In this document: positions 1 through 10,332 of the stretch, piece after piece
How the letters are laid out: every line of letters begins with the position of its first letter
How positions within the stretch are numbered: the first letter of the stretch is position 1
Origin: Vicinamibacterales bacterium
GTDB lineage: Bacteria; Acidobacteriota; Vicinamibacteria; Vicinamibacterales; SCN-69-37
Assembly (NCBI GenBank): GCA_046594875.1
Contig: JBKJQX010000224.1
Location: 54,172 to 118,171 of the forward strand
DNA: 64,000 bases
Direction of reading: 5' to 3'
Notes under the pieces: generated by a model
What the model was told of the DNA's origin: nothing
The model's database searches: none
The model's input: the letters and a program-made list of their open reading frames with translations, nothing else
Translations under genes and position numbers: made by a program

Positions 1-1347
1 CGTCTGGGGCCTTGTGGCCATCGGTGTGTTACGCGACGGGAACGGGGACTGGCGCATTTGCGGCGCCTGCGACGGTGCCTGGGAAGGCGCGTTTCGAGGC
101 ACGCCGCGAGGCACCGCTCGTTGTTGCGTTTCGGGACGTGGCTCGGGGCGTTGCCCGGTTCGGGGCAGGTCGATCCGGTCCTGGTCGATCACCGGTGGGC
201 GATATCCTCCGCCAGTGGGCCGGCCGGACGGGTAGTTCGTGGCGCGTGGGTCGCGTTGATTGTTCTGCCCCGGCCGCCCGGTGAATGGGCGCGAAACGTT
301 CGGTCGCGAGTAGTAGGGCACTGACGTGCTGAACGACTGCCTCGGCACCGCGTACCCGACGCGTCTGGCCTGAACGGGTCGCTGCGGCACCCAGAACCAC
401 CGCGATCCCCCTCGCTCCCATCGCCCGTAGTGGTGCGTCGGCCACTCCCAACGCGAACCACCAATCCAGGAATAGCCGAAGTTCACGACGAACGACCAGC
501 GGCCGGTTCGATACGGTTGCCATCCCACTGACACCTGGGGATACCAGACCCATCCGTACGATCCGTAGCGCGACCACGAGCCGTGTCGATCGAAGTCGCC
601 ACCATACGCGCGGAGTTCCACGGGCAGGTACCGCACCGATTCCACGCCATAACGATCGGCTTCGAGCGATTCGGTCCAGCGTTCGAAGTCATCGCGCGGC
701 GTGGCGTAGGCGTACGGCACCGACGGCGCATAACTTGCGGTCGTCAACGCGCGCGTGCCGGCACGCACCGACGTGCGGCCCATCGAATTCTCGAGCTCGG
801 CCAATCCACGTGAAACGGCGAGCTCCAGTTCCGCTTCGCCTCGACGATTGTCAGCCAGGGTGATGCGATAGTCGCCGCCGCTGCGCACACGCGCGGCACC
901 ACTTGGCCGCGCATCAATATCAAACGACCCGGCGCGCCACGTCACTTTCAGTCGTCCGCCCTGCAGCAGCCACGCGGCTGAATCGTCAATCGTGATGTCC
1001 GTGTATTCGTCGAGCGCAATGACGCTGCCGTCCGAGAACAGCACTTCCACGCGGCCGCGCGATGTGCTCAGGCGATCGCCCACTTCAAGCGGCACCTGTT
1101 CGAAGTCGCGGACGCTCTCGCCGCCGCGATACAACTGCGCGTTGCCATCCACCGCCGACACGTACGCCGGCACGTCCTGGTAGGACGGCTCATCACCTGA
1201 ATAACTCGGCTGTTCAGAGTCGCGCCCGGGCACGTATTGCTGCCCTGGGTCATTGCGATACTGCGCAATTAGAGAGGGCGACCAGGCCAGGGCGCCGGTC
1301 GTGAGGACGGGAACAACAAGAAGCCTGACTGTGCGTGCAAAGGTCAT
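1..1347 (-). CDS. Secreted FecR-like / Trp-rich repeat protein; partial, the 3' end runs off the window (449 codons visible)
   Basis: Hand translation of the minus strand from ATG (1347-1345) gives an uninterrupted frame to position 1. It is absent from the ORF track because no stop lies in the window. The N-terminus MTFARTVRLLVVPVLTTGALAWS is signal-like. GRVEVLFSDGSVIALDEYTDITID is a FecR-like strand pattern. There is a W/Y/G-rich block (YGSYGWVWYPQVSVGWQPYRTGRWSF) and a P/R-rich tail. Confidence 0.6.
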   Translation of the reverse strand, partial: MTFARTVRLLVVPVLTTGALAWSPSLIAQYRNDPGQQYVPGRDSEQPSYSGDEPSYQDVPAYVSAVDGNAQLYRGGESVRDFEQVPLEVGDRLSTSRGRVEVLFSDGSVIALDEYTDITIDDSAAWLLQGGRLKVTWRAGSFDIDARPSGAARVRSGGDYRITLADNRRGEAELELAVSRGLAELENSMGRTSVRAGTRALTTASYAPSVPYAYATPRDDFERWTESLEADRYGVESVRYLPVELRAYGGDFDRHGSWSRYGSYGWVWYPQVSVGWQPYRTGRWSFVVNFGYSWIGGSRWEWPTHHYGRWERGGSRWFWVPQRPVQARRVGYAVPRQSFSTSVPYYSRPNVSRPFTGRPGQNNQRDPRATNYPSGRPTGGGYRPPVIDQDRIDLPRTGQRPEPRPETQQRAVPRGVPRNAPSQAPSQAPQMRQSPFPSRNTPMATRPQT

Positions 1348-1392
1348 CGGACCCTCTAAGTCAGACAGTGAGCTGGCAAGGACAGTATAGCG

Positions 1393-1441
1393 GGGTCCAG
1401 GGTCCAGGGTCCAGGGTCCAGGGTCCAGGGTCCAGGGTCCA
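1393..1441. repeat. Tandem heptamer array (GGGTCCA)x7, perfect copies
   Basis: Read directly. Seven head-to-tail GGGTCCA units lie between the divergent gene starting at 1347 (-) and dnaK, ending 12 bp upstream of the dnaK -35 hexamer. Confidence 0.97.
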
Positions 1442-1453
1442 GCAGGAGATATA

Positions 1454-1483
1454 TTGACATCAACACGCTCATGTTTCTATAAT
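1454..1483 (+). promoter_or_regulatory. Candidate sigma70-type promoter of the dnaK operon (TTGACA-18 bp-TATAAT)
   Basis: Perfect consensus hexamers at 1454-1459 and 1478-1483, about 60 bp upstream of the dnaK ATG. A GGAG Shine-Dalgarno lies about 12 nt before the ATG. Confidence 0.55.
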
Positions 1484-1542
1484 GCGTAAGACTAAGGTTT
1501 GGCCATTTTCCTGCCCTTCGCGGCAGAGGAGCAACGGACATC

Positions 1543-3449
<1,907 letters not shown>

Positions 3450-3450
<1 letters not shown>

Positions 3451-4541
3451 TGGACCTGTATGGCGCGCTCGACTTGACGCCGGCCGCGACGCCGGCCGAC
3501 ATCGAGCGCGCGTATCTGCGGCTCGCGAGGCGGTATCACCCGGGCATCAACCCGGGTGATCGCCTCGGGGCCGAACGCTTCCGTCAGGTGCAGGAAGCCT
3601 ACGAAGTGTTGGGCGATCCCGCGCGGCGTCGTCAGTACGACGAGGGACAGCACGGGCAGCGTGGGGTTGTTGAGACCACCATCGCATTCGATGGGTTCGA
3701 TTTCACCTCGGCCGTGCAAGGCGCCGAGGCGGCCACGTTTTCAGAGCTCTTCGCAGACGTTTTTCAGGACGCCACGCGGCGGGCGATGGCGCAGGATCAA
3801 GGCGCGTCGCTTGAACTCACCATGCAGCTCTCGTTCGAGGAAGCGATGCGAGGGGGAACGGTCCCCGTTTCTGTCGTCCGTCGTGAGCGCTGCCCTGCGT
3901 GTAGTGGCGCGGGCGTGGTGGCACTCGAGTCGGAAGCCTGCTCCGCGTGTCATGGTCAGGGGGCCATCAGGTGGGCCCGTGGCCACATGGTGTTTACCAA
4001 AGCCTGCGAGCCGTGTGGCGGGTCTGGACGCCTGACGCGGGCGGGCTGCCGGATGTGCGCCGCCACCGGCGTGCAGACGCGCAGCGAAGTGGTGACGGTG
4101 CACGTGCCTGCCGGTATCGAGTCGCAGGCGCGGCTCGTGGTACCGGGGCGCGGGCACGCCGGCGAACGAGGTGGGCCGGCCGGGGATTTGTATGTGACCA
4201 TCGAGGTGGCGCCCCATTCGGTGTTCCATCGCGATGGGTTGGACCTGCACGTGAAGGTACCTGTCGCGATTCACGAAGCGGCGCTCGGAGCGCGAATTGA
4301 CGTTCCAACGCTGGCGGGTCCCGTGAAAGCCCGGGTGCCACCGGGAACCGCCGCAGGAGCCCGGCTTCGCCTTCGAGGCCACGGAGTGCCGAGCCAACTC
4401 GGCCCCGACGCCGCGGGCGACCTCATCGTCGAGCTCCAGATCGTATTGCCGCCTGTCCAGGACGAGCGGTCGAAAGCACTTCTGCGCGAGTTTGCACGGT
4501 TGAATCCCGTGGACGTACGCGCACACCTGTTTGACTCATGA
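3450..4541 (+). CDS. dnaJ: DnaJ-type co-chaperone (J domain, four Cys-pair zinc-finger repeats, C-terminal substrate-binding domains); the HPD motif reads HPG
   Basis: 363 aa, with an ATG overlapping the dnaK stop. The J domain is [16 protein letters not shown]. Zinc-finger repeats are [24 protein letters not shown] and CRMCAATG. Confidence 0.9.
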
Positions 4542-4563
4542 AGCAGAAAGGCACGGTACGGCC

Positions 4564-4959
4564 ATGACCAGACGCACGGGCACCGGCAAGGGCTATTACA
4601 TGATTAGCGCCGTGTCGACCAAGTACGACATCCACCCTCAGACGCTGCGGCTCTACGAGCGCGAGGGTCTACTCGCGCCTTCCCGCACTGAAGGCAACAC
4701 GCGGCTCTATTCCGATGAAGACCTCCAGCGCCTCGAGACCATCCTGGCGTTGACGCGCGAACTCGGCGTGAATCTTGCCGGCGTCGAGATCATCCTGAAC
4801 ATGCGCCAGAAAATGGAGCGTATGCAGAGCGAAGTCAACGAGTTCATGGCGTATGTCAAGACAGAACTCGCGCGTGGGCTGGGCGACTGGGAACAACGCC
4901 TGAACACCGCCCTTGTGCCCGCTGGAGAAAAAGACTCGGGCAAAGGCGCCGGCTTGTAA
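4564..4959 (+). CDS. hspR: MerR-family heat-shock repressor HspR
   Basis: MerR HTH (YMISAVSTKYDIHPQTLRLYEREGLLAPSRTEGNTRLY) directly downstream of dnaK-dnaJ, the classic dnaK-operon position of hspR. The first ATG is at 4564; an alternative TTG lies at 4531. Confidence 0.8.
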   Translation: MTRRTGTGKGYYMISAVSTKYDIHPQTLRLYEREGLLAPSRTEGNTRLYSDEDLQRLETILALTRELGVNLAGVEIILNMRQKMERMQSEVNEFMAYVKTELARGLGDWEQRLNTALVPAGEKDSGKGAGL

Positions 4960-5164
4960 ATGGCGAAATGTCACAAATGTCCGAAATGGCGAACTGCGGA
5001 CAAACCATTGCAGGGAAGAATGTGGGAATGTCTTTGCCCTTCAATGATTGAATCTGCTGCTCAAAGGTCAATCGCCCACTGCGCGCATTGGACATTCGGG
5101 GATTTGATCATTCGCGCACTGTAGACATTTCGCCATTTCGGTCATTTGTGGCATTTCACAATTG
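4958..5164. repeat. AT-richer intergenic element: inverted arrays of AAATGNNN(N) units flanking a ~125-bp core
   Basis: Left array 4958-4996 reads AAATGGCG AAATGTCAC AAATGTCCG AAATGGCG. Right array 5124-5164 is the inverted version (CATTT units). A 29-nt stretch of the two arms is complementary at 27/29 positions. GC content is visibly below the flanks. Confidence 0.85.
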
Positions 5165-6064
5165 CGGATTTACTGTTACCCTAACTCTCCCGTGGAATGC
5201 GCAATCTGTAACGGAACAGGATGGAAGCCGGTCGAAGTCGGCAACGTGCGGCGCGTCGAGCGTTGTGAGTGCTGGCGCGCGCAGGCGTCGTCTCGTCTGA
5301 TGCACGACGCGCGGATTCCGCCGCGTTACGCGCGGTGCGACCTCTCGAATTTCGTCACCTATCCGAACGAAAAGCTGCAGCTCACGCTCACGCGTGCCAG
5401 GAAATTTGCCGAGACATTTCCGGCGGTAACGAAGGGGTTGTGCCTGATCGGTCCGCCTGGAATCGGCAAGACGCACATCGCGGTGGGCGTGTTGCGCCAG
5501 TCGATTCAGCGCACCGGCGTCCGGGGGTTGTTCTACGACGTTCGCGAATTGCTGAAGATGATTCGGTCTACCTACAACCCGGTGGTGCGCACGGCCGAAA
5601 TGGACATCCTGCGCCCTGTGATGGATGCGGAACTGCTGGTGCTGGACGACCTTGGCGCTGAAAAGCCCTCGGAGTGGGTGGAAGAGACGATGAACCTCAT
5701 CGTCAACACCCGGTACAACGAGCGTCGTCCGACAATCTTCACCACCAACTACGAAGACACGCCTGACGACAGCAATCTTGACTCGCTGAAAGTGCGTGTA
5801 GGGTTCCGGATGCATTCGCGGCTCCACGAAATGTGCGAGTTCCTGGAGTACGAAGGACCCGACTTCCGGATGCTCGGCCCCGGCAGCGGCGCCGAGGAGC
5901 TCGCGATCCTCTGGAAGGACGGTAAAGGCCGTCGCACGCTGCCTCCCAAGGCCCGCAGCCAGGCGCGTGCTCAACTGCGCGAGAACGACCCGCTTCGCTC
6001 GCTCAAGCAGCCCGGCCCATCCCGTGAGCTCAAGTGGCCCGGCGGCAAAGCCGGCCGGGGGTGA
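5162..6064 (+). CDS. DnaC/DnaI-like AAA+ helicase-loader family ATPase with an N-terminal Cys4 zinc ribbon
   Basis: Walker A GPPGIGKTH, Walker B LLVLDDLG and TTNY sensor-like motif. N-terminal CAICNGTGW...CEC. The start is uncertain (TTG 5162 or GTG 5192). Confidence 0.8.
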   Translation: MRIYCYPNSPVECAICNGTGWKPVEVGNVRRVERCECWRAQASSRLMHDARIPPRYARCDLSNFVTYPNEKLQLTLTRARKFAETFPAVTKGLCLIGPPGIGKTHIAVGVLRQSIQRTGVRGLFYDVRELLKMIRSTYNPVVRTAEMDILRPVMDAELLVLDDLGAEKPSEWVEETMNLIVNTRYNERRPTIFTTNYEDTPDDSNLDSLKVRVGFRMHSRLHEMCEFLEYEGPDFRMLGPGSGAEELAILWKDGKGRRTLPPKARSQARAQLRENDPLRSLKQPGPSRELKWPGGKAGRG

Positions 6065-7197
6065 GGCCCCACAAGCCTGCGGACCTGGGTCTGTACGTCC
6101 ATATCCCGTTCTGCCAGGCGATTTGCTCCTACTGCAACTTCAACCGCGGGTTGCTTGATGAGGACCTGAAGCGGCGCTACGTCTCGGCGCTCGAAACAGA
6201 GATCCGGCGGGCGCCCGGTGGCAAGGCCGACACAATTTTTTTCGGTGGTGGCACGCCGTCCCTATTGGCGGCTGATGAGGTGGCTGGCCTCATCCGCGCG
6301 TGCCGCGAGACGTTCGACCTGGCGGCCGACGCCGAAATCACGCTCGAGACCAATCCCGAAACCGCCACGGTCGAACGGTTGGCGGCGTTTCGGGATGCCG
6401 GAATCAATCGCATCAGCTTCGGCGTCCAGTCATTTGATGACGACGAGTTGAAGCGCCTCGGGCGCATTCACTCGTCGGCCAAGGCCATCGAGGCCATCGC
6501 CGCCGCGCAGTCCCTCGGCTTCAACAGCGTGTCGTTCGACCTGATGTTGTGGCTGCCGCAGCAGTCTCGTGAGACATGGCGCCGCACGGTGGACCAGGCC
6601 GTGGCGCTCCGGCCCGACCATCTGTCGCTCTATCTGCTCGAGTTGTATCCCAACGCGCCGCTCAAGGAAGACATGGCGCGCGCCGGCTGGTCTATGGCGC
6701 CAGACGACGACGCGGCAGAGATGTATCTGGCAGGGTTGGACGTGCTCGAGCAGCACGGATTGCTGCAGTACGAAATTTCAAATGTGGCTAGACCCGGCCA
6801 TCGCTCGCGCCACAACGTCAAGTACTGGCAGGGGGGCGGGTGGTTCGGTTTTGGGTGCGGCGCCCATTCCACCGTGGCCGGCGAGCGATGGAAAAACGTG
6901 TCGGCCACTGAAGAATATGTGTCGCGCGTGATGTCGGGGGCGTCGGTGGCGCTCGATCGCCATCATCTGACGCCGCAAGCCCAGGTCGAAGAGGCCCTGT
7001 TTATGGGGCTTCGGCTGACTGACGGACTGGACAGGTCCGAATTTGCGGGCCAATTTGGTCTGGACCCGTGGGAGCAGTACGGGGAGGCCCTGGCGCCGTT
7101 TGTCGAGGGCGGACAGGTGTGGCATCGGAGTGGCCGATTTGGTCTCACCCGAGGGGGTATGCTGGTGGCGAACAGCGTCCTTGAAGTGTTTGTCTAA
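6061..7197 (+). CDS. hemW: Radical SAM heme chaperone HemW (HemN-like, oxygen-independent coproporphyrinogen oxidase family)
   Basis: LYVHIPFCQAICSYCNF carries a CxxxCxxC motif, and the C-terminal region is HemN-like. GTG at 6061 overlaps the upstream stop (GTGA). The track ORF starts at 6034. Confidence 0.85.
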   Translation: MRPHKPADLGLYVHIPFCQAICSYCNFNRGLLDEDLKRRYVSALETEIRRAPGGKADTIFFGGGTPSLLAADEVAGLIRACRETFDLAADAEITLETNPETATVERLAAFRDAGINRISFGVQSFDDDELKRLGRIHSSAKAIEAIAAAQSLGFNSVSFDLMLWLPQQSRETWRRTVDQAVALRPDHLSLYLLELYPNAPLKEDMARAGWSMAPDDDAAEMYLAGLDVLEQHGLLQYEISNVARPGHRSRHNVKYWQGGGWFGFGCGAHSTVAGERWKNVSATEEYVSRVMSGASVALDRHHLTPQAQVEEALFMGLRLTDGLDRSEFAGQFGLDPWEQYGEALAPFVEGGQVWHRSGRFGLTRGGMLVANSVLEVFV

Positions 7198-7279
7198 GAG
7201 TGGACTTGCCATTCAAGGTCGGTACGGTAAAGTAGGGTCTCTTTTTGGAACGTACGCCCCTGTGGCGAGGAGGAGTTTC

Positions 7280-7801
7280 ATGCGGTTGTCAGGTTTCTTG
7301 CCGGTCATGGGCCGGCGCGTAATGGTTGCGCTGGGCGTGGCCGGGTTGTTGATGGTGGCGACGTCGGCTCAGGCCCAGGTGGCTGCGCCGGCACAGGCGG
7401 CGGCTCAGCCCGAGCCACCGGATCCTCTGAAGTTCAACGGCGCCACATCGATCATGGTGTTGCTGTCGGTCAAGCAGGGGCAGGAAGCCACGTTTGAATC
7501 GGCGTTTAATGAGATGAAGGCGGGCCTCGCGGCGGGTTCCAAGCCTGAATTCCAGGCGCAGGCCAAGACGATGACGTTCCTGAAGGTGGACGCTGTCCCG
7601 CCACCTGATCAGCCCGTGCTGTATTTGCTGTTCCTGGATCCCCCGGTTACGAACCTGAGCTACAACATCACCCAGATTCTGTACTACGGCGGCGCCTTCG
7701 ATGTGGCCACGCCGGAGGCGCGGAAAAAGGTTGATGACCTGTACGCGAAGTTCACAGCGTCGCTGGCCAATCAGAACATTTGGCCGATCGTCAAGAAGTA
7801 G
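7280..7801 (+). CDS. Secreted hypothetical protein (signal peptide, A/P/Q-rich linker, ~120-aa domain)
   Basis: The ATG at 7280 is preceded by GGAGGAG. The signal peptide is MRLSGFLPVMGRRVMVALGVAGLLMVATSAQA. It is a paralogue of the next gene. Confidence 0.7.
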   Translation: MRLSGFLPVMGRRVMVALGVAGLLMVATSAQAQVAAPAQAAAQPEPPDPLKFNGATSIMVLLSVKQGQEATFESAFNEMKAGLAAGSKPEFQAQAKTMTFLKVDAVPPPDQPVLYLLFLDPPVTNLSYNITQILYYGGAFDVATPEARKKVDDLYAKFTASLANQNIWPIVKK

Positions 7802-7829
7802 CCCGACGCTGCGGCGTCTGACTGAAGTG

Positions 7830-7871
7830 AACGGGACGTCCTCGCGCAAGCGGTGACGTCCCGTTGTTTTT
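7830..7871 (+). terminator. Rho-independent terminator
   Basis: An 11-bp stem, AACGGGACGTC (7830-7840) paired with GACGTCCCGTT (7855-7865), is followed by GTTTTT. Confidence 0.75.
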
Positions 7872-7894
7872 GTGGCAACCAGGGAAGGGCCGAC

Positions 7895-8452
7895 GTGAGA
7901 CACACACTCCATCAATTGAGCGGCATCGCTCTGGCGAGCGCGCTTGTGCTGATGCCCGTGCAAGCGACAGCCCAGGTCCCACCACCCGTGCCGCCGCCCG
8001 TGCCGCCAACCACCACACAGGCGCCGCCGCCAGGGGCCAAGCCCCTGGCCGGAGCCAAACCGGCGGCGGGCACCGAGGAGGATAAGGCCGAGCCCGGCGT
8101 GCCGGCCGACTACACGTTCGCTTCGGGCGCAGGCCTGTTGTTTTTTCACGTGCAGAAAGCCAGGGCCGCCGACTTCGAGGCCATCCTCGGCCGCATCCGC
8201 GCCGCGCTGGACCGGGCCGAAGTGCCGATGCGCAAGCAGCAGGCGCTGAACTGGAAGATTTACAAATCGGCGGAGACCTCAAAAGACGCGGCCATCTTCG
8301 TCTTCATGTTCGACCCCGCCCTCACCACAGCCAACTACGATCCGTTACTGCTACTGGCCGAGGTCCTGCCGGCCGAAGTGCAGCCCATCTACGATCGGTT
8401 GAAAGTGGCGATCATCAAGATCGAGCGCATGGGGCTGACGAAGATACGGTGA
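7895..8452 (+). CDS. Secreted hypothetical protein, tandem paralogue of 7280..7801
   Basis: GTG at 7895 follows GGGAAGGG. The signal peptide ends VQATAQ, followed by a Pro-rich linker and a domain with matching landmarks (F.V/VK, FE..., FMFDP/LFLDP ... Y). Confidence 0.65.
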   Translation: MRHTLHQLSGIALASALVLMPVQATAQVPPPVPPPVPPTTTQAPPPGAKPLAGAKPAAGTEEDKAEPGVPADYTFASGAGLLFFHVQKARAADFEAILGRIRAALDRAEVPMRKQQALNWKIYKSAETSKDAAIFVFMFDPALTTANYDPLLLLAEVLPAEVQPIYDRLKVAIIKIERMGLTKIR

Positions 8453-8456
8453 CAGC

Positions 8457-8603
8457 GGTCCGTGGGTCCGCAGGTCCGTGGGTCCGTAGGTTCTCGGTGG
8501 GCGCTTTGCGCCATCTCCTTTTTCTGACAAAGCCCCGCGCCGAACGGCGCGGCTCCGCGAACCCACGCACCCACGGACCTGCGGACCGGTTGACCGGCGG
8601 ACC
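8457..8603. repeat. Convergent intergenic region built from inverted octamer arrays (GGTCCGYR) around two small GC hairpins
   Basis: Left array 8457-8496 has 5 units (GGTCCGTG GGTCCGCA GGTCCGTG GGTCCGTA GGTTCTCG). Right array 8556-8603 has 6 inverted units (..CACGGACC TGCGGACC..). Core hairpins are GGCGC-TTT-GCGCC (8500-8512, followed by CTCCTTTTTCTG) and CCGCGCC-GAAC-GGCGCGG (8535-8552). Confidence 0.9.
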
Positions 8604-8605
8604 GC

Positions 8606-9115
8606 TCAGAACGCCGCGTTGACCCCAGCGTAGACGCGGTGAACGGTCTTGTAGAGCGGCTCCCCGCGAAGGCGAAAGAGCCGATAGTCTACGCGCAGTT
8701 TGAGCGGACCCATCAGGCCCATCTTCAGGCCGCCGCCGATATTGAGGCCGACGTTGGTTTCCTGAAATGTCCCGCGCAGCGACTCGCGATAGCCGCCGGC
8801 GCCGACGGTCCCATACAGCTGCACGCCTCCGGTGGGCGTTTGCACAATGGCGTTGATCATGCCGGTGCGCAGGCGGGGCGCGGAGTCGGCGTCTTTTTCC
8901 GAAATGTCGGAGTATTCCACTTCAAAACCCACCACGAGGAGCGTGACGCCAAAGGCGAGGCCCTTGGCCGTGCGAGTGGTCGGATTCCGGCCGGCGCCAA
9001 AGAAGGCCGTGATGTCGGCGGCCGCCGCGGCCGGGGTGGCGACGAGGATGCCGGCCGTCAGCATGCCGATGATCAGGCGGCGGCCATGCCGCGCGAGCGA
9101 AAAGGATCTGTTCAT
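8606..9115 (-). CDS. Small outer-membrane beta-barrel protein (OmpW/OmpA-like 8-strand class)
   Basis: Start MNRSFS at 9115. Signal peptide, alternating hydrophobic strands, and a C-terminal ...YAGVNAAF ending in Phe. Confidence 0.75.
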   Translation of the reverse strand: MNRSFSLARHGRRLIIGMLTAGILVATPAAAAADITAFFGAGRNPTTRTAKGLAFGVTLLVVGFEVEYSDISEKDADSAPRLRTGMINAIVQTPTGGVQLYGTVGAGGYRESLRGTFQETNVGLNIGGGLKMGLMGPLKLRVDYRLFRLRGEPLYKTVHRVYAGVNAAF

Positions 9116-9186
9116 GGTCTCAGTATCGGCCCTGCGGGTGTAATCGTGCACGGGTGAACGGGGGGCAACGTGATATTTTTCTCCTG

Positions 9187-10332
9187 ATGGATCTGCGTCC
9201 AACCAGCGAACAAGCGATTCTCCGCCGTACCGTCAGGGAATTCGCCGAAGCCGAAATCGGTCCCCATGTCATGGAATGGGACGAGGCCGAGGCGTTTCCG
9301 GACACGCTGGTGGCCAAAATGGCGGCGCTCGGCCTGATGGGCATCCAGTTCCCGGAAGTGCTGGGCGGCGCTGGGATGTCGGCCATCGAATACTGCATCT
9401 GCATCGAGGAACTGGCGCGCGTGTGCCCATCGGTGTCGCTGTCAGTGGCGGCGCACAACGGGCTTTGCACGTCGCACTTGCACATGTTCGGCAGCGATGC
9501 CCAGCGACAGCAGTACGTGGTGCCGCTCATTCGTGGCGACTACCTGGGCGCGTGGGGACTGACCGAAAGCGGCGCCGGCAGCGATGCGGCCGCCATGCGG
9601 TGTTCGGCGCGCCGCGAGGGCGATGGCTGGGTCATCAACGGCTCGAAGCAGTTCATCACCCACGGGGCCGTCGGCGGCGCCATCGTCGTCATGACGGTCA
9701 CCGATCGGGCGAAAGGCAACAGGGGCATCTCCGCGTTTGTGGTTCCTCGCGGCACCAAGGGCATGAAGGCCGGCAAGAAGGAACATAAGCTTGGCATGCG
9801 CGCGAGCGATACCAGTGAAGTGCTGTTTGAGAATTGCTGGGTGCCTGCCGATGCCATGGTTGGCGACGAGGGCCAAGGCTTCCTCAACACCCTGCAGGTG
9901 CTCGACGCCGGGCGCATCGGCATCGCGGCGTTGGCCGTGGGGCTGGCGCAAGGGGCGTACGAAGCAGCGCTGCGGTATGCCAAGGAGCGCCGGCAGTTTG
10001 GACAGCCGATCGCGACGTTCCAGGCGATTCAGTGGAAGCTGGCCGATATGGCCACGCGCATCGAGGCCGCGCGCCTGCTGACCTATCGCGCCGCGTGGCT
10101 GAAAGATCAAGGCGTCGCCAGGACGGGGCGCGAGTCGTCGATGGCGAAGTTGTACTCAAGCGAAATCGCCGTCCGCGCCGCCGAAGAGTCTGTGCAGATT
10201 CATGGCGGATACGGCTTCATGAGGGACTACCCGGCCGAGAAATTTTTCCGCGACGTGAAACTCTGCACCATCGGTGAGGGCACAAGCGAAATTCAACGGC
10301 TGGTCATCGCCCGCCAATTGTTGGGACGATGA
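9187..10332 (+). CDS. Acyl-CoA dehydrogenase
   Basis: Typical ACAD sequence ([21 protein letters not shown]..., IGEGTSEIQ). Start MDLRPTSEQ. Confidence 0.92.
   Translation: MDLRPTSEQAILRRTVREFAEAEIGPHVMEWDEAEAFPDTLVAKMAALGLMGIQFPEVLGGAGMSAIEYCICIEELARVCPSVSLSVAAHNGLCTSHLHMFGSDAQRQQYVVPLIRGDYLGAWGLTESGAGSDAAAMRCSARREGDGWVINGSKQFITHGAVGGAIVVMTVTDRAKGNRGISAFVVPRGTKGMKAGKKEHKLGMRASDTSEVLFENCWVPADAMVGDEGQGFLNTLQVLDAGRIGIAALAVGLAQGAYEAALRYAKERRQFGQPIATFQAIQWKLADMATRIEAARLLTYRAAWLKDQGVARTGRESSMAKLYSSEIAVRAAEESVQIHGGYGFMRDYPAEKFFRDVKLCTIGEGTSEIQRLVIARQLLGR

Noticed and set aside
1441-1542. Search for an HspR operator (HAIR, CTTGAGT-N7-ACTCAAG) or CIRCE upstream of dnaK and clpC
   Set aside because: No match or convincing dyad was found by eye. 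CTTGAG occurrences (for example near 3249, 20866, 30851, 55455 and 60497) are inside coding regions and lack the inverted partner.
4856-5300. Small ORFs 4856..5095 (-) and 5088..5300 (+) in the AT-richer hspR-downstream region
   Set aside because: They have no SD or start context, overlap the inverted arrays and the downstream gene, and have atypical composition. The region is better explained as non-coding.
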